Below are positions 23,806 through 39,071 of a stretch of 64,000 bases of DNA, one piece after another. Position numbers and translations under genes: made by a program. The notes under the pieces were generated by a model that was not told the origin of the DNA, ran no database searches, and saw nothing but the letters and a program-made list of their open reading frames with translations. The stretch is taken from assembly GCA_965644295.1 (NCBI GenBank), contig CBFFRP010000275.1, positions 52,532-116,531 of the forward strand. The letters are read 5' to 3'. The DNA comes from Paraphysomonas bandaiensis (Eukaryota; Protista; Chrysophyceae). How positions within the stretch are numbered: position 1 is the stretch's first letter; each line of letters starts with the position of its first letter.

Positions 23806-26648
23806 CTATACAACCATATGACAGTAGTCCAACTGCAGAGGTTGCAATGAGATACAACATTGTGGCAATGAGAAAAACTGACCTGAGATGAAGACAAGAC
23901 ATAGTAGGGAACAAGGGCTTCAGAGTGTTTCGACACAAAGCGCTTCCATGTTTTAGATTCAGTTGGTGTTTTCGCCTTTGGCGGATCTGTGAAGTATCAT
24001 GAGTGCTGAGTGGTGATTAAAGCGTACTGAAGTAGGATATCACACTCGTCACAACTTCATATAAGCTAACCCCCAATGCTTGCAAAATGAATGAATATAG
24101 ATCACCAATGTAATTAACATCTACATGAAAAATGGCAAACATGCTCTAGTGCACTGTAGTCCAACACATTAGAAGTAGAATTATTACCTAGTTTTCCTCG
24201 TTGTGTCGATGTCTTGACTATATACCACCCTGTGTATACACGACATTACATATTTCGAATTCAAAAAACTGCATAATACAGGGAATACTGTGCTGTAAAA
24301 CAGAAATATTCGCTGCAATAATACATAGGCATCAACAAATATCATTCACATTCTTACCCAGTATGCTCAAAAGTGCACTCTCACACATCTGCTGTCCTGC
24401 CAGCCCACCATCAGGTAATTCCGAACTCGTATCCATATTAAGATATCGACCGCTGATATCCTCTTCGAAGCATCGGAGATTGGCTTGGGGTACACTTTTA
24501 ATCGGACTCTCACTCCGACTTCTCTTTTTACTTATCAGGTTGTCCGTATTGGGTTTGGACTTGTTCTCGCCAACTGTTTCCAGAGAGCTAATGGCAATTG
24601 AAATTTGCTCAAAATTGTTCAGTAGTACCTCACTGAAGATAATATATTACTCATTCGAATATCATATATATATTCTACACGATCGCATAGTAAGTATTGT
24701 ACTATTCATACCACGCCAAGCTACAAACTGTATTGTACCTGATTACCCTTTCACCCATGAACCCCAAACCTACAATGCCACCGTATATACATCCAAGGGA
24801 TTTTCTGGAGCCACTCACAGCCTAGCATTGCATGAATTCAAAATACATAAAACAGCGCTATATGCATATAGTTGTGACGATGTAACATGCCTCTACAATG
24901 CGCACACGGCGAGCAAATATATAACAATCAATATCATGCAACATTACCTCTAAATACGTGCGGCAAACTCTAGGTAAAAGATCGGGATAGGACTCGCTAA
25001 AATGAATGAAATACAATTAGCAGAGTGTTCGTATAAAACAAATTGTGCAAAAAATAACACATTGCATATCCGTATATACGGCGATACATGTAGACAGACC
25101 CGTATTTTTCGACCAATGAGGACACTACTTTAGCAGAATAGCATCTCAAATTAAAATGGGTGACCCCCAATGGTGATGATGATCCTAGTTTGCAAGCTAC
25201 CACGCACGAGAGCACCGAAGGTAGTATCTGAATGCATTGGCAATACCATAAGAATAATATCATTGCAATGAAAACAAAACTAAGACGGGGATGACAACTG
25301 CGTACAAGCTATGTTGCGACATAATATTCGCTAAACGAAACAAATACCTGATGCAGACAAGCCTCCATGTTTATATGGGGATTTAGTATCAAACTTTCTG
25401 TGGCCCGCACAAGAGTCAGAAGGGTAGATATACTCTTCAAATTGCGCCGGGTGTGAACAAATATAAACCTGGTGGTGCTCAATGAAAAGAAGATACACTT
25501 TGAATATGGAAAAATATATACACAATGTACATGCATAACATAAGCACAGCCAGGATCCATCATGTCGAATGAAATCGAACACCAAAGCAGGTGTATTACC
25601 GTGAAAAGTAACCACACAGCTCTTGAATTCCCATATCTTCAGAAAGCACAGCACATACTGTATCAATTTGTTTCGTCTGACCGCTCAAAAGGGTATCAGT
25701 CACTCGATTATAGAAGTACGCCATTTCTCTATGGACAGAGTACAATCAACCACAAGTACAGTATCCCACATCACGTTACCTGGGCAATTGAGACGTATCT
25801 GCAGCAGCATCATAGCAAACCACTACATGTCATAAGATTACCATACATCCACTAGACAGCAAACAGTTGATTTCTACTCGAGATATGTGAATATATGCGA
25901 AATCCAACACACAAACACGGCTTACAGTAATTACAGTAAGTAACTCCACATATCATCACCTTCTGGATTATCAGACGTCTTTGGCTGAGTCCCATCCACT
26001 GCAAGCCAATGAAGTTTCACTCCTATGTCCATTGGACATTGACAAGGCAATGGAGAGCGTAGTAGCTCAACTATAGAGTATATATATAGTCAGTCATATA
26101 TCCATATGAGATCCTCCGTACATATACATACAGTAGATGTATTATCATACATATACAGAGAATACATCAATATACATACTTAAATCAATTTTTTTATCTT
26201 CATATTTTACTTCTTCATTCGATGAAGTGAGCAGTGACTGAGGCTGTTCATAGTATCCATACAAAGGCTCTTGATGAAGTATACTCAGTGCTATATTAAT
26301 ATCCGCCACTGTATATATACGTATATATTAGTATGTATATGAGTATACGTGTTTCTTATATATAAGATTAAGGCATATTCAATTACATCTTATGAAGTAA
26401 TTCAAGTACGTGAATTTACCTGTTAATGTATCTTTTTTTGCCCGTTTCTGTAATTTTAAAGCCAATTCAATAACTTTTTTAGCATCTGCATCCACACCAA
26501 GTGCAACAGCATTCAATACATCAGTAGATAGAGTAGGTAGTGCTATATCTGTAGCTACCTGAGAGAAAGATTGTGTCAGACAAACATCATGTATGTAATA
26601 TCACATTCAGTTAAGACTTACAGATTGAACCCATTTCTGAGAAATCAT
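23806..26648 (-). CDS. TAF6: TFIID subunit TAF6, multi-exon (exact ends approximate)
   Basis: Histone-fold segment KKVIELALKLQKRAKKDTLT..ADINIAL...EPLYGY, signature LHWLAVDGTQP, then EDMGIQELCGYF, LILNPHINMEACLHQ|ILPSVLSCVV, HFNLRCYSAKVV, LLPRVCRTY and IYGGIVGLGFMG. Confidence 0.88.
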
Positions 26649-27114
26649 TGCAGCAATAGGACCTTTCAAACAGAAGATCGATACTTGCAAGGAAATTATT
26701 GATATATCAAACCACTCTTTCGCTATTTAATGCAGTGGGTTGTGCATTGATGCAAACAGCACTGCTAACATATCGACATACATATACATGCATGTATTTC
26801 AAAGAAATGTATACGAAAGTAATACAGACGTATTTTATAGTCCGAAGCTTATACAGTCACAGTATAAAAACTACAGTTTTTCCAAGTTTTATACATATCT
26901 TACAGAGGTACTTTTTCAGTTTCTACTTGTCAATAGAAGGGAACAAATATCTTGAAGGGATTCATTTTCAGTTCTTTCTTGCACTGTTAGGTGTACATGT
27001 TTTTGTCACTCATATTGCTGGTAATATCAGTGTTAAAATATATTAGTGGTAATATAACCCCACTGCATATACTATCAATAAGGAGTATTGGTTTACATTT
27101 GTAATTTATCAGCG

Positions 27115-28556
27115 ATGATATCTCGCTTTGTACGCTCCACTGTATCTCGGTCTTGCATTTCACAAACTGGAAGGGCTGGATTGTGTTCATCTCAGGCTGG
27201 GAATAATGACAAACCAGTTGCCCAAGAATTCCCTACATTTCATGATGTATTAGAGACTGATGAAGAATGGAAAAACCTTTCAGAAACTGATTTGATTAAA
27301 GCTGCTGAGCGTAAAGCGGAAAGGTCACGTGTTTTATTACGCCGCTCACGTAAGTTACACACATCATTGTATATATTTATTTCTATTCACTCTGTAAATA
27401 TAACTCACATTACTCTCTGCATTTATCTTCAGCCAAGCCAAAATTTATCACCGATCACGTTGTTGCTGATGAGGACGAACTGGCCAGCCCAAAAGAAATG
27501 GCTGCTCTAACCGGCATGCCTCAGATTCACCAAGAGAGAACTGTAAGTCGATATTATGAACTGTGAATTGTGTATCTATTGAGTATATATTGCTTTGTGA
27601 TTATTAATATTGTGAAATTCATTGCAGGTGGTTATCAGAAACCGCACATCAACATCTTTTCAGTCTGGTGGAGCATACGAGCACCAGTGGCAGGTAAATG
27701 ATATTTCATGAACATTGATATATAATATCAGTATTATGTGGTTACTATTTAGTACATTATAAAATCTAAGTAGCATATATTATATATTTTATTGCTCTGA
27801 ATTGAAGTACCTATGCAAAGCATATTGATGTAACAACTATTGTTCAGATTTCCTGGAAGCATTCTGAAAACTGGACGAATCCCATAACGGGATATATCTC
27901 CGGGGCTGATCCTCTCACATGTGTCAACGTAAGTTACACTACTCTTTGGTAGAGTTCATATCTAGGTTTCATCCTTCATATCTGTTATACCTCTTGCTAT
28001 ATATTACAGAACAGGAGAATAGGCTTGCACTACATGCCATCTGTACGCGCTAACACATGTCTTTGCAGTTGAAATTCGACACGAAGGAGGAAGCCATTGA
28101 GTATGCTGAGAGATACGGTATGATCAACGCACTTATATATGCTCAATTCGACGTGCATTCATATGTATATATCATGGATCACGTGCAATTTCGCTGTCAC
28201 TGATATAAGCGGTGTCTTAACCATGTTATATAGGGTGGAAGTACGAGATTACGGCCCCAGTGTCTCATACTATCCGTGAGCCAGGCTGGAGAGAGTATGG
28301 CCACAATTTCCTGCCACAATCTGTACGTTTCCAGCTGTATGTGTGATGTGTGCTGGTCGAGATTTGTGTTGCAGTGTGCATATTTCTCCATGTTGCTTTA
28401 TCTAATAGGCATCTCGTTGTGTAGGTGCGCAATGTCCTTGATGAAGAAGGCCCCAAAACCCAATACTTCAAAAACTCCAACTATGGCGCCAGCCACTTTT
28501 CTATGCCACTTAAGTACCATGGGGATGGGGAGGTAACCCAGCATGGAGGTGAGTGA
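27115..28556 (+). CDS. NDUFS4: Mitochondrial complex I 18-kDa subunit (ETC_C1_NDUFA4 family), multi-exon
   Basis: Arg/Ser-rich presequence MISRFVRSTVSRS. Spliced core LTGMP..HQERT|VVIR...QSG...W|ISW..ENWTNPITGYISGADP..|LKFDTKEEAIEYAERY|GWKYEI...YGHNF. Confidence 0.92.
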
Positions 28557-29926
28557 TTGGAGTCTAGTTGCGGGTTTGGCAACTCGTCTGCTTTATTACA
28601 CTAGCTGGTATAAGTTTTCAGTTGCATTGTCTCTATGGGTTGGTTTGGCTTTCTTTGTTGAAAGATATGGGGGTTCTGGGGAAAAGATGTCGAAAAATAA
28701 TAATAATATACATGTTTCTACTTTGCAGTTCATGCTTCATACGAAGCATAATTAATACTCCACAAAATCTATTCAACAGTATTTACCATTTACGTTGATA
28801 ACATAAAACACATCACATCTATCAGCATTTTGATGTTCAGGCTAAACTAAAGCAGAAAGTACTCTTTTAAAAAGTATGTATTGGTGAGGCTTCTGATGTG
28901 TCATGTGAAATTGCTGTCTTAGGAGCTAGTATACTCCTCTTTTGTATTTAAGGCCCATTTGCTAAATATATTCGAAAAAATTCTTTGTTTTCTGATATGC
29001 ATGTGGGGGTTCAGCGGCTAACTACACCACCACTATTTACTACCCACATAGTGACACGATAGTAGCGTCATGATATTGAGGTTTTGCACTTCGACTCGAA
29101 CTAGTCCTGCTTCTCTATTTAGACATAGCTCTGACACCTGACACGACATTAACGCATGTAAAACTAGAAAATAATATTGATGTTGCAGTTAGCGGTGTTC
29201 AGGGCTACGTATGAATTAATTGATTTTCAATTACTTGCAATAATTAAAATTGAGACATCAAATCGTAATTGCAATTATAATTAACTCTAGCTCGATTAGG
29301 GTTAGTGATGTACTAATCAAAACACACACGATTTGCAGTACATATCAGGACGTAAAAAAGTTATATTCATTCTCAATTGTCCTTCAGTAAAGCAATTTAT
29401 ATGATGGGAAGAACCGGCTACTTCTTGTGTCAGTTTTCATTATCTTGTTGCCAGTTGTTCAACCAAATTGTTCACTTTTACAAAACCACAATAAACGCGT
29501 TATGAATGGTTAAAGTACTGGGAATTATAATTCTGGGTGACTCTGAATAGTCTATTCACATAGATTAATGTCACTTTGAGTACAACTTACGTAGTGAAGT
29601 GGGTCCTGATTGAATATCTTATGGAGGACAAAGACTTTGTCCTTTATCCATCACTATCCATATCCATACTCTGAAGAGTATGAGTGGAGCCTTTTTTACG
29701 TATTCCGCACGTATTATTGGTATTACTCTATCCCAGCATACTAAATTGTATATGCACGCCACCCGATACGTCAATACGTATAGAGCAGGTAACTCTCGTA
29801 CTGTATATGACTGAAACTGAAAAACTTGTCCCTTAAAGATTGATAGTAGAAAAAAAATATGGGCTGAGAATTAATGGGTATGAAATAGCTCATATGGAGG
29901 GCGGCTCTATATATATATACATGTAG

Positions 29927-30584
<658 letters not shown>

Positions 30585-31230
30585 ACATCTCGTTATCTAG
30601 TGCGTGAGTACTGACTTGTAATAATAAGTGGCCTACCTTACTACGATATCGTAATTTCAGTCACAGCCACGTAGCTTATAGTAGTTTAACACATTGATGA
30701 TAGTTATTTCGCCTGCCACCTAAAAGTATAGTCTGCTCACATTTCTGTTTAGTGTTCAGTTCTTTACTTCTGTTCTCTGTATGTCAATTTCGGACTCTTA
30801 AGCTAAAACAATCGTCTATTAAGGTCATAAGACTTTGCCTTTCCTTAATTATATCTATCTGGTAAGATGATCGCAAACCAACGAGCTATACACTCATGAC
30901 TTGGAGCAATGGTAGAAGGACCTGAAAGTTCTTATTTACTTGGCTACAGTCTGAGCACGCTGTATATCAGCTCTCATCGTCTGTACTATTTTCGCGTATA
31001 GTTGTCGCTAACCTGATAACGTATGTCATGCGCCACTTTTCTTTAGTTTACATTTTCCAACCAATAATTAGCAAACTTAGACGAATATATTTAGTAATTA
31101 GTAACGTTAGAGTAATAAAAATCACACTAAAAGGTAATTTTATTATAGCCTATAGTCTCCATGATACTGCTGCTACTACTTCTATAGAGTCTTATATTAC
31201 TGTACAATCCGAGATTAACCTAATTCTTCA

Positions 31231-34200
31231 CTACATTTGATCTAGTAACGAATCAAGAGCAGTTTCCGCGGCTTTACGTACCAAAACATTCCAGTGGGTG
31301 CGATTGGCCCGCAAGTTATCCACCAGCGTCTCCAGCAATCTTGAGCACTCACTATCATCGTCCGAAATAAAATGAATTACGATAGCCGGATGCAAGGACA
31401 AATTCACAGCTTCAAGTGCCACTTTGAAGTGAGGGGAAGTGGTACACTGTGTGATCTTCAGGAGACACTTATATCTGGAAGAAGCTCGTGGAAATGAAGT
31501 GAGAGGTGGAATTTCCCCCTCAATGGTTGCAGGACAAGAACGATATGGGGATGGGCTACCGCAAAACGGTAATGCTACACCCAGAGCCTGTGTTTAACAC
31601 AAAAAAACGCATAAGCTCAAATTGCTATAGAATAGGTGCTTGCTCAGCAGATAAAATGGTGTAATGATATGTCTACGCCCCATTTCATTGGAAGCATGTT
31701 CTGAACAGCACAATCTAGCCAACAGCTAAGATAGTATTGTGTGGCATATACAGGGTAGTATCACGATATGCCACACTATCTATGTATAGACGTTTATTGC
31801 ATCAGTGCAAGATTGATACCTTAAGAAAAGCTATTTCTCTAGCGGAATTTCCACCACCAGGCCAGCATCGTATTATGGCAGGGAGTATGAGCTTATCAAC
31901 GGCTCCAACTGCATTGACAGCTCGTCAATTGCGTACACCAGTATAGTAAACGCATTGTACGTACAATGCACTAAACATATGCATATACAAAATCGCACAC
32001 AAATATACACACCTTCCATCCGCGGTATTAACTCAGAAAGTATTCTGAGAGTGTTCTGCAATACAGCAGGTTGCTCCACGCTCTCAGTGGTTTTTCCCAA
32101 ACGCCTCCCATAGCACTTGAGTACATTAATCACAACGTGCAACATAGTTTCCAAGATGAAGCTTCTGTTATAACTACCAACTCCACCCTTGGTGATGACA
32201 GAATCGGCCGGTAGTGGTTCAGTGATGACCATATACAATGCTAATTCTACGATGGAGTTGTCATGATCTCTGGTGTTTCCAGAAGTCGTAGAGGCGGAAC
32301 CGCTGACATTGGTCGGAATCTGAGGCCCCAAGGAAGGAAACAGTGAGGTCGACTTCGGTTTCGTTTCTGGTGATGGTATGGGAGAAGGAGAAGTCGGAGA
32401 ACTACATAAATTTGACGCTGGGCCAATAGTTGACGGCGTTGAAGTCGATGCATTAGGAGCTTCATCTATGTAGTCCATATAATCAAATGATTCTTTGAGC
32501 ATGAGGTGATTGGGGTCAACCTCATTTCGAACTGCTAAACGAGAACTGACTTTGCACCTCAAGAGTCTCAGATAGCTCACTTCACGAAGGGACATAGCCA
32601 GCGTCCCTCTGAGATGAGGACAATTCAGATAGAGGGCTTTTAGAACGGACACCCGCGGTGATGTGAAACGGTCGTCCTCGAAAGGAAGCTGATCCACTAA
32701 GGATGTAATGAAATGAGAATCGATGTAGGTAGATAAGATATCTTCTGGTGGTAATGTGACGCCTAAAACATAGCATTAAAAAAGCAGATCGAGCAAACTG
32801 ATGTTGGTGGGATATAAACAAGTGATATAAACTATAATTCAGAATTGAATTGAACGTTGCCTACCTTCAGGATTCGTAGCTGTTGCAGTCCCATTGGGTG
32901 AAACTACTATACGTTCAACAGATTTTGAGGGAGTTGTGACAGAATTCGCAGCACATGTCACAGGGACAAAAGACCCTGAAAATATAAAATTACACGGCAA
33001 CACAAGCCCAAATGTGTGCTGCAATATTCGGAAGACCACATTACACAATGGTTAAAATTCATTGTTATTTCTACATGCTAGGTACAACTTATATAGAATT
33101 GAATACGAATCGAATAGCGCTACCAATGCGACACGATATGTACCTGTTGGCATAGAAATATTCGAGCTTCCTCTAAGCGCATAATCTAGTGCTCTCGAAG
33201 TGAGCAAGGAGCTATGAATGAGTCTGTTGAACCACGCCTCGTCGACTGCTTCAACGGATCTACAAGAGTCTAACGGATCTATTTCGTCATCATCGTCGTC
33301 ATCATCCATCCAGTTAAGTGAAGACGATGTATGTGGCGCTGAACCGAATAAAGCCTGCACGAAAACAGTATAATGGATGAAAATAATTTCGTGTATGTAA
33401 AAAGCAGTACAATGATAACATTGAATATATACTACAACTTCAAAGGACAAAACTTAGTGACGTTGGCTATAAAGAACTTGCTCAACACACACCCCACGCT
33501 ACGTGGACTGGTGAAGTACTACATCATGTTGTGATTGAATACAATTCCTCACAGTACATAGTGTCTGAAGGTCCACATTTTACAGCATATAATATTATTT
33601 GTAACTTCACACAGGAATAAATAATTTACAATATAGAACAGAACCGTTTGGCAGTAGATACCTGGAATATTGCTCTTGAAACAGCATCGCCTGCTGGTTT
33701 ACTCTTCTCTGCAGTAGTCTCACCGGCACCATGCTTGCTCCCTCTATTAAGAGGGGTAGACGGACTTAGCAGTCCCGCTGGTAAAGTAGATGAAAATGCT
33801 GAGCTACTGCTGCTAATAGGATCTGATATGTTTCTGGTCAATCTCGATGGTGTACGAGGGGAGCCCTGTCCACTAGATGTAATGCTCGCACCAGCGCTGC
33901 TATTTGACACGACTGTCTTGTAGTGTGATTTATGCCCTGGGGTTATTGATCCTTTGGTTGAGCTACTAGGGACACGAGGAGGGGTATAATTGCTCCGGGA
34001 ATTAGATACAGTGGGGGATTTCTTGGAAGGGGTGGTAGAGGTAGATTCACCTGCATCGCTATCATCATCAGATGATACATAGGATGCCTTATATTTCCTA
34101 TTCCGATTTTTTTGTCGAGCTAGACTACGCTTTTGAGCATTTGCATTACGGGCTCTATCAATACATAAATGTTATAATAATAAAATAATAAGCACTGCTG

Positions 34201-34342
34201 TATATTCATACCTAACAAAACTAGACAAGTTAATCTCTGACACACGTCGACCGGCTGCATGACTGGTTTTTTTATATCTATTATCCATCGGATACTCCAC
34301 ATAATCTCTATCTGTGGTATATGCCTCATCAGTAAGACCCAT
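31231..34342 (-). CDS. Divergent PP2A B56 (B') regulatory-subunit-like protein with long Ser-rich N-terminus, multi-exon
   Basis: B56-like motifs VLKALYLNCPHLR, LRILSELI, WPGGGNSAREIAFL, KITQCTTSPHFKVALEA and NRTHWNVLVRKAA. Start inferred at MGLTDEAY (34342). Confidence 0.7.
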
Positions 34343-35243
34343 CGTGTGTTATGATGTATATAATGAGAGGGTATTGCTGTTATTAATAGACGATGTGAAG
34401 GGATTGGAGGAATATATAGAAGATCTCCATATCATTGAATACAAAATATGCATCTACACCATAGTGTAGTGAAATACAGTACAATTGGATCTAATGAATT
34501 ACTATAATACGTTAATTAATATGACGAGCCCTCATGATATACCCATATAATGATATGACATACATAGAAGCTGCTATATAAGCATCCCGCATCCCTTCCC
34601 ATATACTACACTGCTACACTACTTTTCTCTCTATGTATACAAACGTAAAATAAAGTATGAAATTGGAATACTTTCTATTCATCTTTTCTAACCAACAAAA
34701 ACCTTTCATTTTAACACTTTTTGGTTGGTTTGAATTCGATTTCAAAAACTGAAAATTCTGATGATGGGATTTGATTTTATATGGAAGATTGGGGTTTCTT
34801 GGACCTGAAAAAACGAGGATTTCTAGAAGAAGTTTATTGGAAAAACTTAGGTAGAATACGGTGTATAGTACAATGTATTACTGTGGTGCAGTTCTTTTTC
34901 TTGTACTTTACTCTGTGTGCATGTAGGTAGATGTCTCTGTATAAATGATGTATATGTACTGTAGTGTACTCTGTACGTATATGTATGTACGTATACAGCC
35001 AGTGCGTATACTCGTATATATAACCAAACATACTGATTGATTATGTGGACGTGGTACTATACTGTCTCAGCATATATAGCAACAATACCCTCTAGGGCTT
35101 CAATTAAATATGTAAGAACATGAAATATTGATATTTCCTTGCATGATATCAATCCTGTGTATAGTTGATAGGGTTTATTACAATGATATGGGAGATTACT
35201 GTATATAGTGACTATATTATAAGTGTGCACTAATATCACCATA

Positions 35244-38200
35244 ATGCGTCATTCTATCGCTCGTTTAGATCAAATAAGCAAGCATATTATATGGACACGC
35301 TTGTTTGGAGACAAAAAGTATCCTTTGGTTATGCTGAGAGCTGTATATGGTAATCCAGACAAAGGGTTGAGAACTGTCATAAGAATGTTCGATAAACGAC
35401 AGCCTGAGCTCGATATTGATTCAAGTTATGCTTTGAATTCAGATAGAAATAAACACACACTTAAAGGAAATCAGTTTCCTTCAGAAAATCCGTCTGATGT
35501 TCAAGAGGAGATACAGCGTCGAACGAGAGAGTTAAGTACTTTGTCAATGTCTGCAGATATGAAGTACGATCATTGTGCTTATCTATTGTCCCATATCGAA
35601 ATGCTTACGGCTGATGATGTATTTCTTGTGATCAGTACATATGCATGTCACCGTTGGAAATTCAGTAGTTCTGAAGTCACAGCCATATCAAGTCGCATGA
35701 ATGCTCTACCTTCTACGTCGATCACAGCAGATCAGCTCAAGAGGCTTTTTAACTCCATTCAGTATCTGAATAATTCAAAGGAGTCGGATTTATTGAAGCT
35801 CTTAGAATCTATTTTGCCAATATTACAGAATTATACCGACGAAATAACGCCCGATATGTTTAGTTTTATGATAAATGGGCTTCGTCATCTATCATCTCAT
35901 CATCTGGTGGTGCGAACAACAATAGCAACTCTATGCAACAAGGCTCCCACAGTTACCGAAATTTCCTCCAAGCACTTGTCGAGGCTACTTTATAGTTTCT
36001 CTAGTATGCATAGCGAATATGTTGAAGTTCAATCTATTGTCAAACTCGCCACTAACTGGATACAAGTTTGTCGTGATGAGTTCACTCCATATGAGTGTGC
36101 GTTGTGTCTCCACGGCGCCAAAAGGTTAAAATCTAGTGACCCTTTTATCGAGACCTTCATCATTAGATTAGCGGACGTATTACATAGATCAGAAATGATG
36201 TGGAGTGAAAAACATATTGGAATTGCTTTTCGAGGTATCCAGGAATTGGATTGTACGCATACTGCAGTGAAATACCTCCTTAAGGTGTTGCTGATAAAAA
36301 TACTTACATCTCAAGGTCCTTTCTCCGGGGCAACAATCGGATCGGTGTTATACTCCTTGAAAAACATGTCCAGTGAACATTCGGAAGTTTGTGATATCCT
36401 GAAGGTTATAAGACCGCATCTTAAGCGGGCCTCTACACCTCTGTCAGGAAAAGACATCGGCTCAGCGTTTTTCGGAATCAGGAACCTTTCCATGACTCAC
36501 CCTCATGTGTCGAAGGTATTTAAGAGCTTATCACAGCTGCTTGAGACTCACGTAAAAGAAATTGATGGGGTATGCTTGGGAGCGGTACTGTACGGTCTCC
36601 AGGGATGTGATCCTTCTCATAAAGAAACCGTAAGGGTGTTGATGCGGATCTTACCTCATCTAAAAAGTTGTCGATATATGAATTCTGTGTCTGTGTGTAT
36701 GTCTCTGTATGGACTCCAAAACCTCAATTCCGATATTCCGGAGGCAGTGGAAGTGCTTAATCTACTCACTCAGCTGCTTATGGGAGTCGATGGAGCAAGT
36801 GCAGTTAATAGTGTTTCCTCTGATGAGTTTGATCCTAAATCTGAGGAAAAGTTTGATGTGTGGTCCGACCACCATATCAGTTCAGCTTTGTATGGTCTTC
36901 AGGGTATGCACTCAGACCGTACTGAAGTCACACAGTTCTTGGTAGTTTTCCATGACAAGATATCTCAATTTTCGGGACCACTGTCTGCGCAAGCCATGGC
37001 GAACGCGGTTTATGGACTCCAGAATATGAGTTCGAATCATGTTGGTGTATTAAAAATTGTTGGCTTATTAGCATCTCTCATCCGAAGTAGTTCATGTACT
37101 ATCAATGGCCAAGCGATTGGCAACATGTTGTATGGAATGAGGAACTTGAGTTCTGACCATGATGAGGTCCGTGCCTTATTGGCAGCCATACACGAAAAAA
37201 TTCAATTTTCCTTAAAGTATGGCGAGGTTAAAATGACAGCCCAGGGTATATGTAATGCGTTGTACGGTTTACATCATTGTACCAGTGATTGTGTGGAGGC
37301 GCTCAACATTATACGTGTACTATCGCCTCTTATTTCATCGACCGAGGGATATACCTCGCAGGGTATATCAAATGCACTCTATGGACTAGGAAATATGTCC
37401 AGTGAATGTCAGGATGTACGGAATCTTCTTACTATTTTATATACGGAAACCAGGGGATGCCCTGATGAGTTTAGTGGCCTGGCGATAGGAAGTAGTTTGT
37501 ATGGGCTGCGTATGATGTCGAATAAACACCAAGAGGTATGTGCATTCAATTTCACATGGAATGTAGTTGTATGGAACGGTTTTGATATGTAGTACAGTAT
37601 CGTTGTCAATAACTATAAATTAATGGTGCTTGTGACACAGGTTCGTCGAATATTAAGATGGCTAGCGGTGAAGCTTGCCAGAAGTCGAGATGAAATGGAT
37701 GGGGCCAGTCTCTGTATGTCCTTATACGGTAAGTTACGGTTGACATTTTGTTGTGTCCGTAAGTGTAGGGCTTGAGTCTGGCACACATTCATATTGACCT
37801 TTTGTGTCGTTTAATCACGTATAGAGAGTAGCTCTAGCTCATAGTGTGGTTTGCTTGCATATTTGCCTCATATATGTCCCTGTTATGAATGACAGGCCTC
37901 AATCGCATGACATCAAGTGACCTCGCTGTTCTTAATATTGTCCATCTTCTTGCGGAAAAGCTGTCGACTACCACACAACGTGTAACTGGTCATCATCTAA
38001 CATGTGGACTGTACGGTCTTCGCAATATGAACTCTGAGTCCACTGAAGTGCGGCACTTGCTTAGGGTGGTCACGGACAAATTACAAAAATGCGATGGTCA
38101 CATATCACAAATGGGGTTTGATCATGGATTTTATGGTATAGCGAATATGAGTTTAGGATATAAAGTGACCAGAAATTTGTATCAAGTATTAGAACAGATG

Positions 38201-38299
38201 GAATTAGTGCAAACACCACGTAGATTTGACTTTAGTGCTGATGATGCAATAGATAGAAATGCAATTCACGATTACTCTCATCCTAGAAAAATAGAGTAG
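35244..38299 (+). CDS. Alpha-solenoid protein of about 18 tandem ~40-aa repeats (OPR/HPR-like), probably organelle-targeted; introns 37536-37640 and 37729-37895
   Basis: Repeat consensus approximately FSxQxIGNALYGLQNMSSxxxEVRxLLxxLxxKIxxCxxx with spacing mostly 40 aa (some 39). Basic N-terminus MRHSIARLDQISKHIIWTRLF. Repeat register is preserved across both introns. Confidence 0.85.
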
Positions 38300-38521
38300 C
38301 GGTGTGATATAGTGCCCATAGTAGTATTATAATATATATTTTTTAACAGTTTCTGTGAATTGGGCATACGACTATTTGAAATATATTGCTGCAAATCTGG
38401 AAAATAGCGCCACGAATAATGCAGTGCTACAGAAAAAAATTTATTACAGATGTAAAACAACGCACGTGATAATTATTCCATTTGAGATAGAGATAAAACT
38501 CACGACTTTATGACTTTATTT

Positions 38522-38624
38522 CAGGGCCTGGTAACCATTAATGGTAGTCCAGTTCCCGGCAATTATAATGGCATTACCATTAATGGCCATTAATGTCATT
38601 ATCATTAACGGCTACCAGGCCCTG
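38522..38624. mobile_element. hAT-type MITE, family A (103 bp), perfect 8-bp TSD
   Basis: 22-bp TIR cagggcctggtaaccattaatg versus reverse complement cagggcctggtagccgttaatg. ctttattt on both sides (38514-38521, 38625-38632). Confidence 0.93.
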
Positions 38625-39071
38625 CTTTATTTTACAACAATACACTGCATTATTGTAAATGACTATGCGATAGCCATTCATAATTCATAAGCACGGCTGG
38701 GAATTGCTCTGCTTATTTCGTGGTTCTGTAGTTCTTACTATGCACTATGCACCACATCTAATAGTATGTCGATTAGTAGAAACTCTCACAACTCTTTCAA
38801 AGCCAGTACAACTCAATCTAGTGATTACTTGACTTTTTCCGGGCTTATCAGTCATAGGAAGATGACAAGATGGGATGGTTCATTGTATGAAGTTATTAGG
38901 GTATATTAGTGTATCAGAAGAATTATACAATCGCATCAATAACTTAATTTAAGTTTCTATGCAGCTCTTATTCTTTACACGGCTCAATAGCACCCTTTAA
39001 ATGTGTCTATCCACTTGTACACTTAAACTGCCACGGTATGGCGACCATATCTATACACATTTCTCCCTAGA

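Noticed and set aside
24201-24953. 250-aa plus-strand ORF
   Set aside because: Antisense to TAF6 exons and introns, with no recognisable motifs.
29200-29701. Degenerate TIR-like pairs (cagggcta at 29200; acgtaaaaaag ... cttttttacgt at 29350-29701)
   Set aside because: Probably old MITE remnants, but too degraded and without TSDs to call.
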